A DNA stretch of 64,000 bases from an uncultured Thermococci archaeon (lineage in GTDB: Archaea; Methanobacteriota_B; Thermococci; Methanofastidiosales; B48-G16). A program made the position numbers and the translations under genes. Under the pieces are notes generated by a model. The model searched no databases, was not told the origin of the DNA, and saw only the letters and a list, made by a program, of their open reading frames with translations. The stretch covers positions 96,001-160,000 of the forward strand of contig CAZQQT010000005.1 of the NCBI GenBank assembly GCA_964595645.1, in the 5' to 3' direction. Of the stretch, positions 46,782 through 56,378 are shown piece by piece (positions within the stretch are counted from its first letter, which is position 1; the number at the start of each line of letters is the position of its first letter).

Positions 46782-48701
46782 ATGAAAGCTATACCAAAAA
46801 AAGAACTTTTTGCATTTGTTGATGCATTAATAGAAACTGAGTCAATGAACGTTGAGGGTCCAAAGGCGAAAGGCGAAAAATTTGTCTTCGGACCGCTCGA
46901 ATCAAGCAACGAACTTCGACTTGATTATGATGTGACTATTCTGCCGCCCAAAAAGTATTTTTTACCACAATATGAAGATATACTGAGCTACGATCTCTCG
47001 CAGCCATTTTCTGTTGAAAAAAAAGAAAAACGCACACCCACAGTAATTGTGGGGATGCATCCCTACGATATCGTGGCAATACAGCAGATGGATACGTACT
47101 ATTTCGATACCTTTGTGGACGATGCGTATCTTCAAAAGCGGAAAAATGCAATAATTATAGGATTAAACGTGACGAATGTTGCAGAAAAAGCATTTTTTGG
47201 AGATATGGGTACAGGGTCTGTCGATTCTGGATACGATCTGATGCTTACAGATTTAGGAGATACAATAGCTATTGAAGTAGGTACAGAGGAGGGAGAAAGC
47301 CTTTTGGACGAGTACGCATCTTCTGTACGTGAGGCAACACCTGAAGAAGTTCAGAAGGTGAAAAAACTCATAGAAAAAGCAAACAAAGAAGCAACGCGCG
47401 ATCTTGCCGTGGAACCATCAGGGTGGCACGATCTCTTAGAAAAAAATTATGATAGTGAGGTATGGAAGGAACAATCAGAGAAATGTCTCAGCTGTGGAAC
47501 GTGCACGCTCGTATGCCCCACCTGTTTCTGTTACGATGTGAATGATGAAGTGAACCTCGATCTTACCACAGGGAAAAGGATACGAACATGGGATGGATGT
47601 CTACTCAGAAACTTCACCAAAGTAGGCTCCGGTGAGGTCTTCCGAGAGGATGTGGAAGACAGATACAGGCACCGATACTACAGGAAGGGGAAATACCTTC
47701 CAGAGATGCTAGAGTTCGTTGCATGTGTTGGGTGTGGCCGTTGTTCCACACAGTGTATCCCTGATATCGCCGATCCCGTGGATGTAATAAATAAGATAGT
47801 TGAAGGATCCTCTCGTCTTGTTGAAGAGTCTGAAATCACCCCTCACACAACGATGAAGGCTCCGGGTACCGTTACAGCAGAAGAGCCCCTTTACAAACCC
47901 CAACCTGCCACTGTTACACGAGTTGAAGAACTCACAGAGCTTGAAACACTGTTTGAGATCGAACTTGACAGCGGCGATCCATTGGGGCACGAACCAGGCC
48001 AGTTTGTCGAAGTTTCAGTAATGGGCTACGGAGAGGCGCCTATCTCTGTGTCCTCTGCACCTGACGGCAACAGCTTTGAACTTGTGGTAAGGAGGGTGGG
48101 AGATGTCACTACAAAACTCCACACCATGAAATCCGGTGATAAAATTGGGATTCGAGGTCCCTTCGGAAATGGATTCGATGTGAATGCCTTGGAAGGTGAA
48201 AATATTCTCTTCATCGGAGGAGGTATTGGTATCGTCCCCATGCGGTCACTCATTAACTACGTACTGGACAATCGGGAAGATTTTAAAGATGTTACCATTC
48301 TCTACGGCTGTAAAAAACCGTGCGAACTTCTCTTTGAAGATGAAGTATCTACGTGGGGAGCTCGTGAGGATGTACAGTTCCTCAAATCTGTGGACAGATG
48401 TCCAGAAGGAGAGGAATGGGACGGTGAGATCGGTGTGATCACATGCCTTATCCCCAAAGCAAAGTTCGATCCGGAGAATACCGTTGCCATCGTAGTAGGA
48501 CCACCAATCATGTATAAGTTCGTTATCGGTGACCTGCTCGATCTGGGCATGCCCGAGGAAAACATCGTTGTGTCCCTGGAGCGGAGAATGAAATGCGGTG
48601 TAGGGAAATGTGGACACTGTCAGATCAATGGACTGTATGTCTGCAAAGATGGACCGGTATTCAATTATAAAGATATAAAGGATCTTCCGGAGGCGATCTA
48701 A
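46782..48701 (+). CDS. Fused beta-gamma subunit of a group 3b [NiFe]-hydrogenase (HydB-HydG / AsrA-AsrB-like)
   Basis: N-half PPKKY, CLSCG.C..VCPTC.C, WDGC, CVGCGRC...C; linker; C-half PGQF, GEAPIS, RGPFG.GF, GGIG..P, GPP.MY, ER.MKCG.GKCGHC..VC.DGPVF. Confidence 0.9.
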   Translation: MKAIPKKELFAFVDALIETESMNVEGPKAKGEKFVFGPLESSNELRLDYDVTILPPKKYFLPQYEDILSYDLSQPFSVEKKEKRTPTVIVGMHPYDIVAIQQMDTYYFDTFVDDAYLQKRKNAIIIGLNVTNVAEKAFFGDMGTGSVDSGYDLMLTDLGDTIAIEVGTEEGESLLDEYASSVREATPEEVQKVKKLIEKANKEATRDLAVEPSGWHDLLEKNYDSEVWKEQSEKCLSCGTCTLVCPTCFCYDVNDEVNLDLTTGKRIRTWDGCLLRNFTKVGSGEVFREDVEDRYRHRYYRKGKYLPEMLEFVACVGCGRCSTQCIPDIADPVDVINKIVEGSSRLVEESEITPHTTMKAPGTVTAEEPLYKPQPATVTRVEELTELETLFEIELDSGDPLGHEPGQFVEVSVMGYGEAPISVSSAPDGNSFELVVRRVGDVTTKLHTMKSGDKIGIRGPFGNGFDVNALEGENILFIGGGIGIVPMRSLINYVLDNREDFKDVTILYGCKKPCELLFEDEVSTWGAREDVQFLKSVDRCPEGEEWDGEIGVITCLIPKAKFDPENTVAIVVGPPIMYKFVIGDLLDLGMPEENIVVSLERRMKCGVGKCGHCQINGLYVCKDGPVFNYKDIKDLPEAI

Positions 48702-49477
48702 TGAAACCAAGAGTAGCATTCTTTGATTTCGCCAGCTGTGAGGGATGTCAGCTGCAGATAGCGAACCTCGAAGAAGCAGTGATTGATGTGACGAAGATAG
48801 TGGATATTGTCTCCTTCCGTGAGGTAATGAAGGAGCACAGCGACGATTACGATATCGCCGTAGTGGAAGGATCGGTAATGAGGCCTATGGACGAGGAACG
48901 GTTGAAAAACATCAGAGAAAATGCAGATATTCTCGTAGCGCTCGGGGCGTGTGCGTGCATAGGATGTGTACAGCGTATGCTCAATCAGTGGCCAATGAAG
49001 GAGAATAAGGAGGTTGTGTACGGTGAGGCTGATCCTTCTGACATTGAAGATAATCCCTACTTCGAAAATTTCCCCACAAAGGCACTGGATGAGATAGTGG
49101 AGGTGGATGCGTATATTCCCGGATGCCCCATCGATAGAGATGAATTCGCAAAAACACTCGTGGCCTTGGTTCAGGGTAAAAAACCACCCATCCCCGACTA
49201 TCCACTCTGTGTCGAGTGTAAGAAAAAAGAAAATGTGTGCGTATTTGAGCTAGGAATGGTATGTTTAGGACCTATCACACGGGCAGGATGCGGTGCTATC
49301 TGTCCTTCCTATGGGAACGAATGCGAGGCGTGCAGGGGGCTAATAAGTCACCCCGAGGAACGGGCGCATAAAGAGGTGCTGGAGAAATACGACCTTACAG
49401 TAGAAGAAATCTTGCAGAGAAAATCAATGTTTACCTACCGGCATGTAGAAGAAAAGGAGGCTGAAGACGATGAGTGA
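48701..49477 (+). CDS. hydD: Group 3b [NiFe]-hydrogenase small (delta) subunit
   Basis: SCEGC, EGS, LGACA, IPGCP, C.EC....C.....CLGP.T.AGC.A.CP..C..CRG. Confidence 0.92.
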   Translation: MKPRVAFFDFASCEGCQLQIANLEEAVIDVTKIVDIVSFREVMKEHSDDYDIAVVEGSVMRPMDEERLKNIRENADILVALGACACIGCVQRMLNQWPMKENKEVVYGEADPSDIEDNPYFENFPTKALDEIVEVDAYIPGCPIDRDEFAKTLVALVQGKKPPIPDYPLCVECKKKENVCVFELGMVCLGPITRAGCGAICPSYGNECEACRGLISHPEERAHKEVLEKYDLTVEEILQRKSMFTYRHVEEKEAEDDE

Positions 49478-50768
49478 GATCAACATCGATGTGGAACATT
49501 TAACGCGAGTAGAAGGCCATGGTAATGTAGTATTCAACGCAAAAAATGGCGAGATAGAGAAGGTGCAGTGGCAGGTGTCCGAGGCGCCGAGAATGTTTGA
49601 ATCTTTTGTTCGGGGGAGACCATACCATCAGATGTCACATGTGACCTCCCGAATCTGTGGTATCTGTTCTATTGGACATGCGCTCTGCTCACTAAAAGCT
49701 ACGGAGAACGCAATGGACATCGATGTCACGGAACAAACCGTGAAGCTGAGGAAGATCGCGCTTCATGCAGAGAACATGCAGAGCCATATCCTCCATGTAG
49801 GGTATCTTGTGGCACCGGATCTCTTTGGTGCAGGGAGCGTCTTCCCTATGATCGAGACACACAAAGATGCAGTGCTCAAGATTATTAAAATGCACAGACT
49901 CGCCAACGAGATGTCGGCGCTGATGTGTGGACGAACGACACACCCCATTACATTAATACCGGGAGGATTCACCCAGATCCCGTCCGAACGACAGCTCAAA
50001 AATCTCAGAAAGCGGTTGGAGGATATTATTCCTGTATGCGACGATGTTGCGCAGATAGTACTCGACAACGCTGATGCACTCCCCGCTTTCAGTAGAGAAA
50101 CGGAGTATGTCGGGCTCACGACAGCGGAGGAGTACGCACTGTACGATGGAGATATCGGGTCGACAGATACGGGGATACATCCTGTTGAGGAGTACAAATC
50201 TGTGACGAACGAGTTTGTGGTGCCCTACTCTACCGCCAAGTTCACGAAGCATGCACGAGATTCGTATATGGTTGGTGCGCTGGCACGATTCAACCTGAAC
50301 TCGGATCAACTGCGTCCATTAGCAAAGGAATGCGCTGAGAAGTTTGGATTAAAGGCAATAAACTACAACCCCTTCATGAACAACATTGCACAGCTGGTGG
50401 AGTACTACCATTCCGTAGAGGATTCAATCGCATTTATCGATGAGGTCCTCGAGAAGGGCCTGAAGAAAAACGACAATACCGAGTACGATGTGAAGGCAGG
50501 GCGAGGCATTGGTGCTGTAGAGGTTCCACGAGGAATTCTCTTTCACGACTACACGTACAATAGTAATGGTATTTGTACAGAGGCAAATCTCGTGATACCC
50601 ACGAACCAAAACCACAATAACATCAACAAAGACATGGAAGCATTCGCACCGACGCTTCTGAACAAACCGGAGAAAGAGATCGAACTGAACCTCGAGATGC
50701 TCGTGCGTGCGTACGATCCTTGTATCTCATGTTCGACACACTATCTGAATGTCGAGTTCAAAAAATAA
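49470..50768 (+). CDS. hydA: Group 3b [NiFe]-hydrogenase large (alpha) subunit
   Basis: TRVEGHG, EAPRMFE, L1 SRICGICS..H, VG.LAR, EVPRG.L.H, L2 RAYDPCISCSTH followed by a cleavable tail. Confidence 0.95.
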   Translation: MSEINIDVEHLTRVEGHGNVVFNAKNGEIEKVQWQVSEAPRMFESFVRGRPYHQMSHVTSRICGICSIGHALCSLKATENAMDIDVTEQTVKLRKIALHAENMQSHILHVGYLVAPDLFGAGSVFPMIETHKDAVLKIIKMHRLANEMSALMCGRTTHPITLIPGGFTQIPSERQLKNLRKRLEDIIPVCDDVAQIVLDNADALPAFSRETEYVGLTTAEEYALYDGDIGSTDTGIHPVEEYKSVTNEFVVPYSTAKFTKHARDSYMVGALARFNLNSDQLRPLAKECAEKFGLKAINYNPFMNNIAQLVEYYHSVEDSIAFIDEVLEKGLKKNDNTEYDVKAGRGIGAVEVPRGILFHDYTYNSNGICTEANLVIPTNQNHNNINKDMEAFAPTLLNKPEKEIELNLEMLVRAYDPCISCSTHYLNVEFKK

Positions 50769-50798
50769 CCTTTTCTTTTTTTAATTTTCATTGAATCA

Positions 50799-51290
50799 AT
50801 GAGCGAATCCCAATCTGGTCAGCGAAAGAGAAAAGATATCGGGGTAATTGCTGTGGGCAATGAGCTGATGGGGGACGATGGTATTGGTCCGGCGGTGTTA
50901 GACGCTCTCAAAAGGGAACAGCTACCGCGCAGCGTTGACTTGGTTCACGGTGGAACGGGTGGTGTTTCACTACTCCACACTATAAAGGATTACTCCACAG
51001 TAATTTTCATCGATTCCGCTGATTTTGGTGGTGATCCTGGAGAAATAAAAGTTTTTACTCCTTCAGATGTTGCATCGACGAAGGAGGTAACAGGGCTCTC
51101 ACTGCACGAAACAGACCTTATAAAGGTTATTCGCCTCTCACAGGAACTCGGAGAAGCCCCCGAAACTATCGTGATCGTAGCAGTCCAGCCTAAACAGATA
51201 ACAATGAAGGATTCACTTTCACCGGAAGTCGCTAGTGCAGTGCCTCACGCGGTAAAAAAAGTACTGTCACAAATAGAGCAAGTGGGATAA
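50799..51290 (+). CDS. Hydrogenase maturation protease
   Basis: GNELMGDDGIG, GGT, IDSA..G..PG, SLH, LS.EV. Confidence 0.92.
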   Translation: MSESQSGQRKRKDIGVIAVGNELMGDDGIGPAVLDALKREQLPRSVDLVHGGTGGVSLLHTIKDYSTVIFIDSADFGGDPGEIKVFTPSDVASTKEVTGLSLHETDLIKVIRLSQELGEAPETIVIVAVQPKQITMKDSLSPEVASAVPHAVKKVLSQIEQVG

Positions 51291-51297
51291 CGGGATA

Positions 51298-51978
51298 TTA
51301 TTTTTTCGTGATAAGTATTCTCAATCTGTGGGCAGCCGCCTCTGTCTTGTCGGAAATATCAGAGCTTATATCAATAATTTTTGTTGTGTAGTAAAGAGAC
51401 ACCGGCGAGATGTCCTTGAATTTAAAGAAAGAGTTTCGGAGGGAGAACTGGATCCTGTCAATCTTCCCTTCCAACTTTTCTACCGTCTGGATATGGTTCA
51501 TCACATCAGTTATCTCTTTTTTCATGAAGACTGTGTCGATCACATCCTGAAACTCTCTCACAGCGTTTGCGTATGCTTTTACAATCTTTACGTTCGTTTT
51601 CATGATTTTTTCCATATGTTCTACCATTTCTGAGGGTATACTCTCCTTTTCTTCAATAAGAAGCCACTGTGCCAGATTTTCCGCCTGATCCGCTACTTTG
51701 TCTTGGTGATTTATTAGATCGAGGATGTCCTCTCTGTTTACTGGCATGAATATTCCAGAAGGCAGATTTTCTCTCACTTCTGCCTTTACAGTATCTGCTT
51801 CTGTTTCGAGCTCTATAACCTCCTTACACAACTCTTCCATTTTGGGATATTCCTTTTTAAAAAAGAGGATAAACGCTTCATTGAGTTTTTTAACAGCTAC
51901 CTTCGTTGTCTCTGCATGGGTCACTATTGGTTCGAATGGGGCCTTTACAAACAGTTTCGTTAGAGGATTTGTTGTCAT
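51298..51978 (-). CDS. DUF47 / TIGR00153 phosphate-transport regulator
   Basis: LE.EAD..K, P...F.P..RED...L...D.VAD, E...D, DISD..E. Confidence 0.9.
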   Translation of the reverse strand: MTTNPLTKLFVKAPFEPIVTHAETTKVAVKKLNEAFILFFKKEYPKMEELCKEVIELETEADTVKAEVRENLPSGIFMPVNREDILDLINHQDKVADQAENLAQWLLIEEKESIPSEMVEHMEKIMKTNVKIVKAYANAVREFQDVIDTVFMKKEITDVMNHIQTVEKLEGKIDRIQFSLRNSFFKFKDISPVSLYYTTKIIDISSDISDKTEAAAHRLRILITKK

Positions 51979-51986
51979 CGTATCTC

Positions 51987-53201
51987 CTATCCTATATTTA
52001 TGAGTACCTTATATATAAAAATTGTCGTTAGTGCGGTTGTGGGGATTGTTACCGCCCATGAGACCACTATCTTTTTAATGATACCCAGATCGATAGCTTT
52101 TAGTCCACGCGCGATACCAACACCTACAACACTTCCGACCACAGCGTGGGATGTTGAGATAGGTAGTCCGATCTTGGACGCGAGCAGGACGGTGGTGGCA
52201 GCCGAGAAATCGATAGTGAATCCTCTGGTGTTTGTCAGTTCCGTGATTTTCTCTCCCACAGTTCCGATTACCTTGTAACCCCATGTCGAGATACCAAGCA
52301 TGATGCCAAAGCCTCCAACGCCTAATAGGAAGATCGGCACCTCGACCTGAGAGCAAATTTCCTCTGTTTTTGAGATAGTATAGACGGTGGCTACAGGACC
52401 TATTGCGTTGGCAACATCATTCGCACCCTGAGAAAATGCGACATAACATGAGGTAAATACCTGTACCCATCGAAATATGGGTTCCACGCTTTCGATTTTC
52501 GATGACGCTCTATAAAATTTTTTTATGAGAAAGTAACTTCCAATTAGCGCAAAAAATCCTATAGCTCCCGCGTAAATAAACGCTCCCGACTCAGAAACTT
52601 TTAAGATGTCTCCCAAACGGGTCTTGAACAGGAAGGAGAGAGCAATAATAAAGAAAGCGAGCCCAATAAAGGGAGGAGCAACGACTTTTCCTCGTTCGAT
52701 TGGATCTTGTGAACTGAGTATAGAGTGGTACAGTATTTTAAATACGATAAACGCGAGCAAACATCCAAATATAGGTGAGATTATCCATGCTGCCGTTACT
52801 TCTCCAACCTTCGTCCAACTAATTGTTCCTCCGGCCACGAGGCCAAATCCGAGAAGACCACCGACAATGGAGTGGGTAGTGGACACAGGAAGTTCCTTCC
52901 ATGTAGACAGAGTAATCCATAGACTCGCTGCGAGGAGCGCTGAGAACGCACCATAAACCACGAGTGTGGGATCGGGGATACTTGTTGGATCTACAATTCC
53001 CTTTCGTATTGTCTCTGTGACGTGTCCTCCCACCAATACAGCTCCCAGAAAGTTCAGTATCCCCGCAATGAATATTGCCTGTTTCAGTGTTATCGCCTTC
53101 GCTCCAACGGCGGAAGCCATGGAGTTTGCCACGTCGTTGGCCCCAATATTCCATGCCATATAGAGACCTACGGCGATTGCGAGGATAACCCAAATGAGCA
53201 T
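51987..53201 (-). CDS. pit: PiT-family inorganic phosphate transporter
   Basis: Two GANDVAN signatures, PVSTTH and PISTSH, multiple TMs. Confidence 0.94.
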   Translation of the reverse strand: MLIWVILAIAVGLYMAWNIGANDVANSMASAVGAKAITLKQAIFIAGILNFLGAVLVGGHVTETIRKGIVDPTSIPDPTLVVYGAFSALLAASLWITLSTWKELPVSTTHSIVGGLLGFGLVAGGTISWTKVGEVTAAWIISPIFGCLLAFIVFKILYHSILSSQDPIERGKVVAPPFIGLAFFIIALSFLFKTRLGDILKVSESGAFIYAGAIGFFALIGSYFLIKKFYRASSKIESVEPIFRWVQVFTSCYVAFSQGANDVANAIGPVATVYTISKTEEICSQVEVPIFLLGVGGFGIMLGISTWGYKVIGTVGEKITELTNTRGFTIDFSAATTVLLASKIGLPISTSHAVVGSVVGVGIARGLKAIDLGIIKKIVVSWAVTIPTTALTTIFIYKVLINIG

Positions 53202-53269
53202 AAAATGTATCAATAGTACAATATAAAAAATCTTGGTCCGAAAGGATCTTTCACATGTGATGGAGCATC

Positions 53270-53830
53270 TCACTCATACTTGTAGCCACCAGGCTGCTCT
53301 TCCAGCTCAACACCGAGGGCTAGTACGATTCTGTTCACGAAGTTGAAGTAGCTTACTACAAGCGTGGCATCCAGTACTGCCCTATCTAATAATCCCACTT
53401 TCTTTAATGCGTTAACAAGGTTCTTTTTATCTACTGATTTTGGATTTTTTGTGAGGTGCCACGCGTACTCACAGAGTGTACGGTCAATGTCATTAAGCTC
53501 TATTTTCCTATAATCTTCTTTCAGCTGCTCCACTTTCTTTTTGTCCTTCCAGAAGTGCTGTACTGCTTCCGCGTGGTGAGTGATACAATACTCACACCCA
53601 TTTGCTTTTGACACAACAACAGCCATCATCTCTCGTTGCGCTCGTGTAAGTGGAGATTTCCCGAACATCACAGTCATGTAAAGATTCATATGATTTTTGA
53701 TTGAAGGAGGATTGAGACTCTGTATTTTATGTATTTCTGCGATCTTTCCTCTTTTTTTGCGAAGATCATCATATATTTCTCTAAGCTCCCCTTCTGCATT
53801 TTCCGGTTCTATTGTTTTTATTTTCGTCAT
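53270..53830 (-). CDS. AhpD/CMD-family peroxidase-related protein
   Basis: REM.AVVVS..NGCEYC..HH, YFNFVNR. Confidence 0.88.
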   Translation of the reverse strand: MTKIKTIEPENAEGELREIYDDLRKKRGKIAEIHKIQSLNPPSIKNHMNLYMTVMFGKSPLTRAQREMMAVVVSKANGCEYCITHHAEAVQHFWKDKKKVEQLKEDYRKIELNDIDRTLCEYAWHLTKNPKSVDKKNLVNALKKVGLLDRAVLDATLVVSYFNFVNRIVLALGVELEEQPGGYKYE

Positions 53831-53937
53831 GAGATCATCCCTTTTCTCCATAAAGAATCTTATCCTTTTAACTGTTTGTCAGACAGAACACACCGTACAA
53901 TACCAAGATTTTTATACGCTCACTCTATCCAAAGAAC

Positions 53938-55230
53938 ATGAAAAAGTTGGCGCTGATACTTATAGTCGTCATGATGTTTCCCAGTGTTTTCACTCAGGAA
54001 ACTGTAATAACGGTTGATTATTACTACGTAGATGGTTGTCCTTACTGTGAAGAGGTGGAAAATATCATTGATGATATAGGAGACGAGTATTCCACCGTGA
54101 AAGTTGTGAGAATGAACGTATACGAATCTACGGTGTATATGGAAGAGTTTACAAGTTACGGATTCTGGAAGGTACCGGCTGTTGTGATTAATGGGAAGGC
54201 TACATTTCAGGGAGAGGAAGAAGTCACAGAAGAAAATATTCGAGAGACAATTGAGGAGTATCAGCACTCATACACTCAAGGAAACTCTTTTTTTGAGCAA
54301 GGAAAAGAATATTATACTAATAAAGAGTATAAGAAGGCCCAGATATATTTAGGAGAGGCTAAAAAGCTCTTTGACAAAGGAAATTTTAATACAAATGCAA
54401 CGGTAGCAATGCTCGAAGACTGTAATAGTTGTATAGGAGCTGATAGACTTATTTTTGCAGGAGATACATTTCTTGAAAATGGATATACTGGGAGAGCGAA
54501 GGAAATGTACTCCCAGGTAGCATGTGAAAGTCTTGATGAGATAGCAGCAACACGGATCGAACATATTGCTGTGTACGAAGAGACTCTTCAAAAGTTTGAT
54601 ACAGCAGTTGAATACTACGAGGAAGAAAAGTACTCTCAAGCGCTCACAGTATTTAATTCTATCGAAAGTATCTTGGTGGGAGAAAAAAAGGAAAAATGTA
54701 AGGACTACATAGAAAAATGCGGTAAATATGAAGAGGTAGGGGGTCTCTATAGTGAAGCAGTAGCTATGATTTTTACCGATCCCATTGTTGCACAAAAAAA
54801 ATTCTTAGAAGCAGGAAAAATCCACGCGTTGTTGGGAAATCACGTAGAGAAATACAGAACGTTTGCCGACGCGTCCCTCCATTTTTACCTCGGAAAGGAA
54901 TTTATAGAAGTAGATGCAGAGTCTGCGTCTTACCATTTTGAAGAGGCAAAAAAAGACTTCGCATCGCTACATTTTCAGAGAGGTGTAGAAAAGTGTGAGG
55001 AGTATATAGAAAAATCTAGAACTAATAACATGCTCTACTGGATTTCCTTTATCTTAGTTCTGATTTTTGCATTCGTTCTTGCGTATTTCTTTTATTTTAG
55101 AAAAAAAAAGAAAGAAGAGAAGAATAAAAAGGATAATAAGGGCGAATTGAAAGATCTGATAGAAAAATATGCAAATGGAAAAATGTCATTAAAAGAGTAT
55201 GATAAGAAAAAGAAGAGAGTGATTAAATGA
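53938..55230 (+). CDS. Exported thioredoxin-fold / TPR-like membrane-anchored protein with SHOCT-like tail
   Basis: Signal peptide; CPYC; VPAVVING; helical TPR-like repeats; C-terminal TM, K-rich linker, KYANG.MS..EY..KK. Confidence 0.75.
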   Translation: MKKLALILIVVMMFPSVFTQETVITVDYYYVDGCPYCEEVENIIDDIGDEYSTVKVVRMNVYESTVYMEEFTSYGFWKVPAVVINGKATFQGEEEVTEENIRETIEEYQHSYTQGNSFFEQGKEYYTNKEYKKAQIYLGEAKKLFDKGNFNTNATVAMLEDCNSCIGADRLIFAGDTFLENGYTGRAKEMYSQVACESLDEIAATRIEHIAVYEETLQKFDTAVEYYEEEKYSQALTVFNSIESILVGEKKEKCKDYIEKCGKYEEVGGLYSEAVAMIFTDPIVAQKKFLEAGKIHALLGNHVEKYRTFADASLHFYLGKEFIEVDAESASYHFEEAKKDFASLHFQRGVEKCEEYIEKSRTNNMLYWISFILVLIFAFVLAYFFYFRKKKKEEKNKKDNKGELKDLIEKYANGKMSLKEYDKKKKRVIK

Positions 55231-56378
55231 ATGAGGAAATAAAGGAATTAAAACCGTTGCTCTATTCTGTTAGTAAAGAAATTTTTGAAAATCCAGAGCT
55301 CGCATACAAAGAGTACCAAGCATCTAAGTTACTAACGAAAACACTCAAAAATGAAGACTTCAAAGTAGAAAAGGAAATATGTGGGTACGAGACATCCTTT
55401 AGAGCTCAATATGGAAATGGAAATACAAAGGTCGCTTTTTTAGCAGAGTATGATGCACTACCGAAGATAGGGCATGGTTGTGGCCATAATATCATTGCAG
55501 CTGCAGCGTTAGGAGCGGGAATTGCTTTAAAACGAAGAATAGAAAAGGACAACCTCAACGCTACTGTGTATGTGATAGGTTGTCCTGGTGAAGAGGCAGA
55601 GGGTGCGAAGGTTAAATTTGCAGAGGAAGGCGTCTTTGATGACATCGATGTAGCGATGATGATCCATCCCTCAACAAGAAACCTTACAGAACGAGGATCC
55701 CTTGCGATCAAAGAGATGCGATTCAAGTTCCATGGAAAACCTACCCACGCAGCAGCATCTCCAGAACATGGAATCAATGCGCTCGATGGTGTTATTCTCA
55801 CATTCAATAATATCAATGCATTAAGAGAGCATCTGCGAGAGGATGTGAGGATTCATGGCATTATCACTCATGGCGGGGATGCACCCAATATCGTACCAAA
55901 ATATGCGGAAGCATACTTTTTTGTTCGAGCCATGGACAGTGAATATCTCATAGAAGTATTAGACAAGGTGAAAAACTGTGCGAAAGGTGCGAGTACAACC
56001 ACGGGAGCAGATGTGGAGATTGAGGTGGGGAAAGGGTACAAGGCCTTTAACCCAAGCGGCCCTCTTGCAAAAACATTTAGGGAACATCTTCAGTCCCTCG
56101 GCATCAAGTTGGACACTCCAAAGAAGTATGGCGGGATGGGATCCAGCGATATTGGCGATGTGAGCTGTGTTGTGCCGTGCATCCACCCTTACATCAAGAT
56201 CGCTGAAGAAGACGTGAAAGGACATTCCGAAGAGTTTGCCCAGGCAGCTATATCAGAAAAAGGTAATGAAGCTATTGTAATTGGTGCGAATGCGATGTTA
56301 GGTACTGCGCTTGACGTGATAGAAGATTCAGAACTTTTGAAAAAGATAAAGGATGTGTTTGTACCGCGTGAATTATGA
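55227..56378 (+). CDS. M20 family amidohydrolase
   Basis: NPEL...E, AEYDALP..GH.CGHN, PGEE, M.HP, GSSD.GDVS, H...F. Confidence 0.92.
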   Translation: MNEEIKELKPLLYSVSKEIFENPELAYKEYQASKLLTKTLKNEDFKVEKEICGYETSFRAQYGNGNTKVAFLAEYDALPKIGHGCGHNIIAAAALGAGIALKRRIEKDNLNATVYVIGCPGEEAEGAKVKFAEEGVFDDIDVAMMIHPSTRNLTERGSLAIKEMRFKFHGKPTHAAASPEHGINALDGVILTFNNINALREHLREDVRIHGIITHGGDAPNIVPKYAEAYFFVRAMDSEYLIEVLDKVKNCAKGASTTTGADVEIEVGKGYKAFNPSGPLAKTFREHLQSLGIKLDTPKKYGGMGSSDIGDVSCVVPCIHPYIKIAEEDVKGHSEEFAQAAISEKGNEAIVIGANAMLGTALDVIEDSELLKKIKDVFVPREL

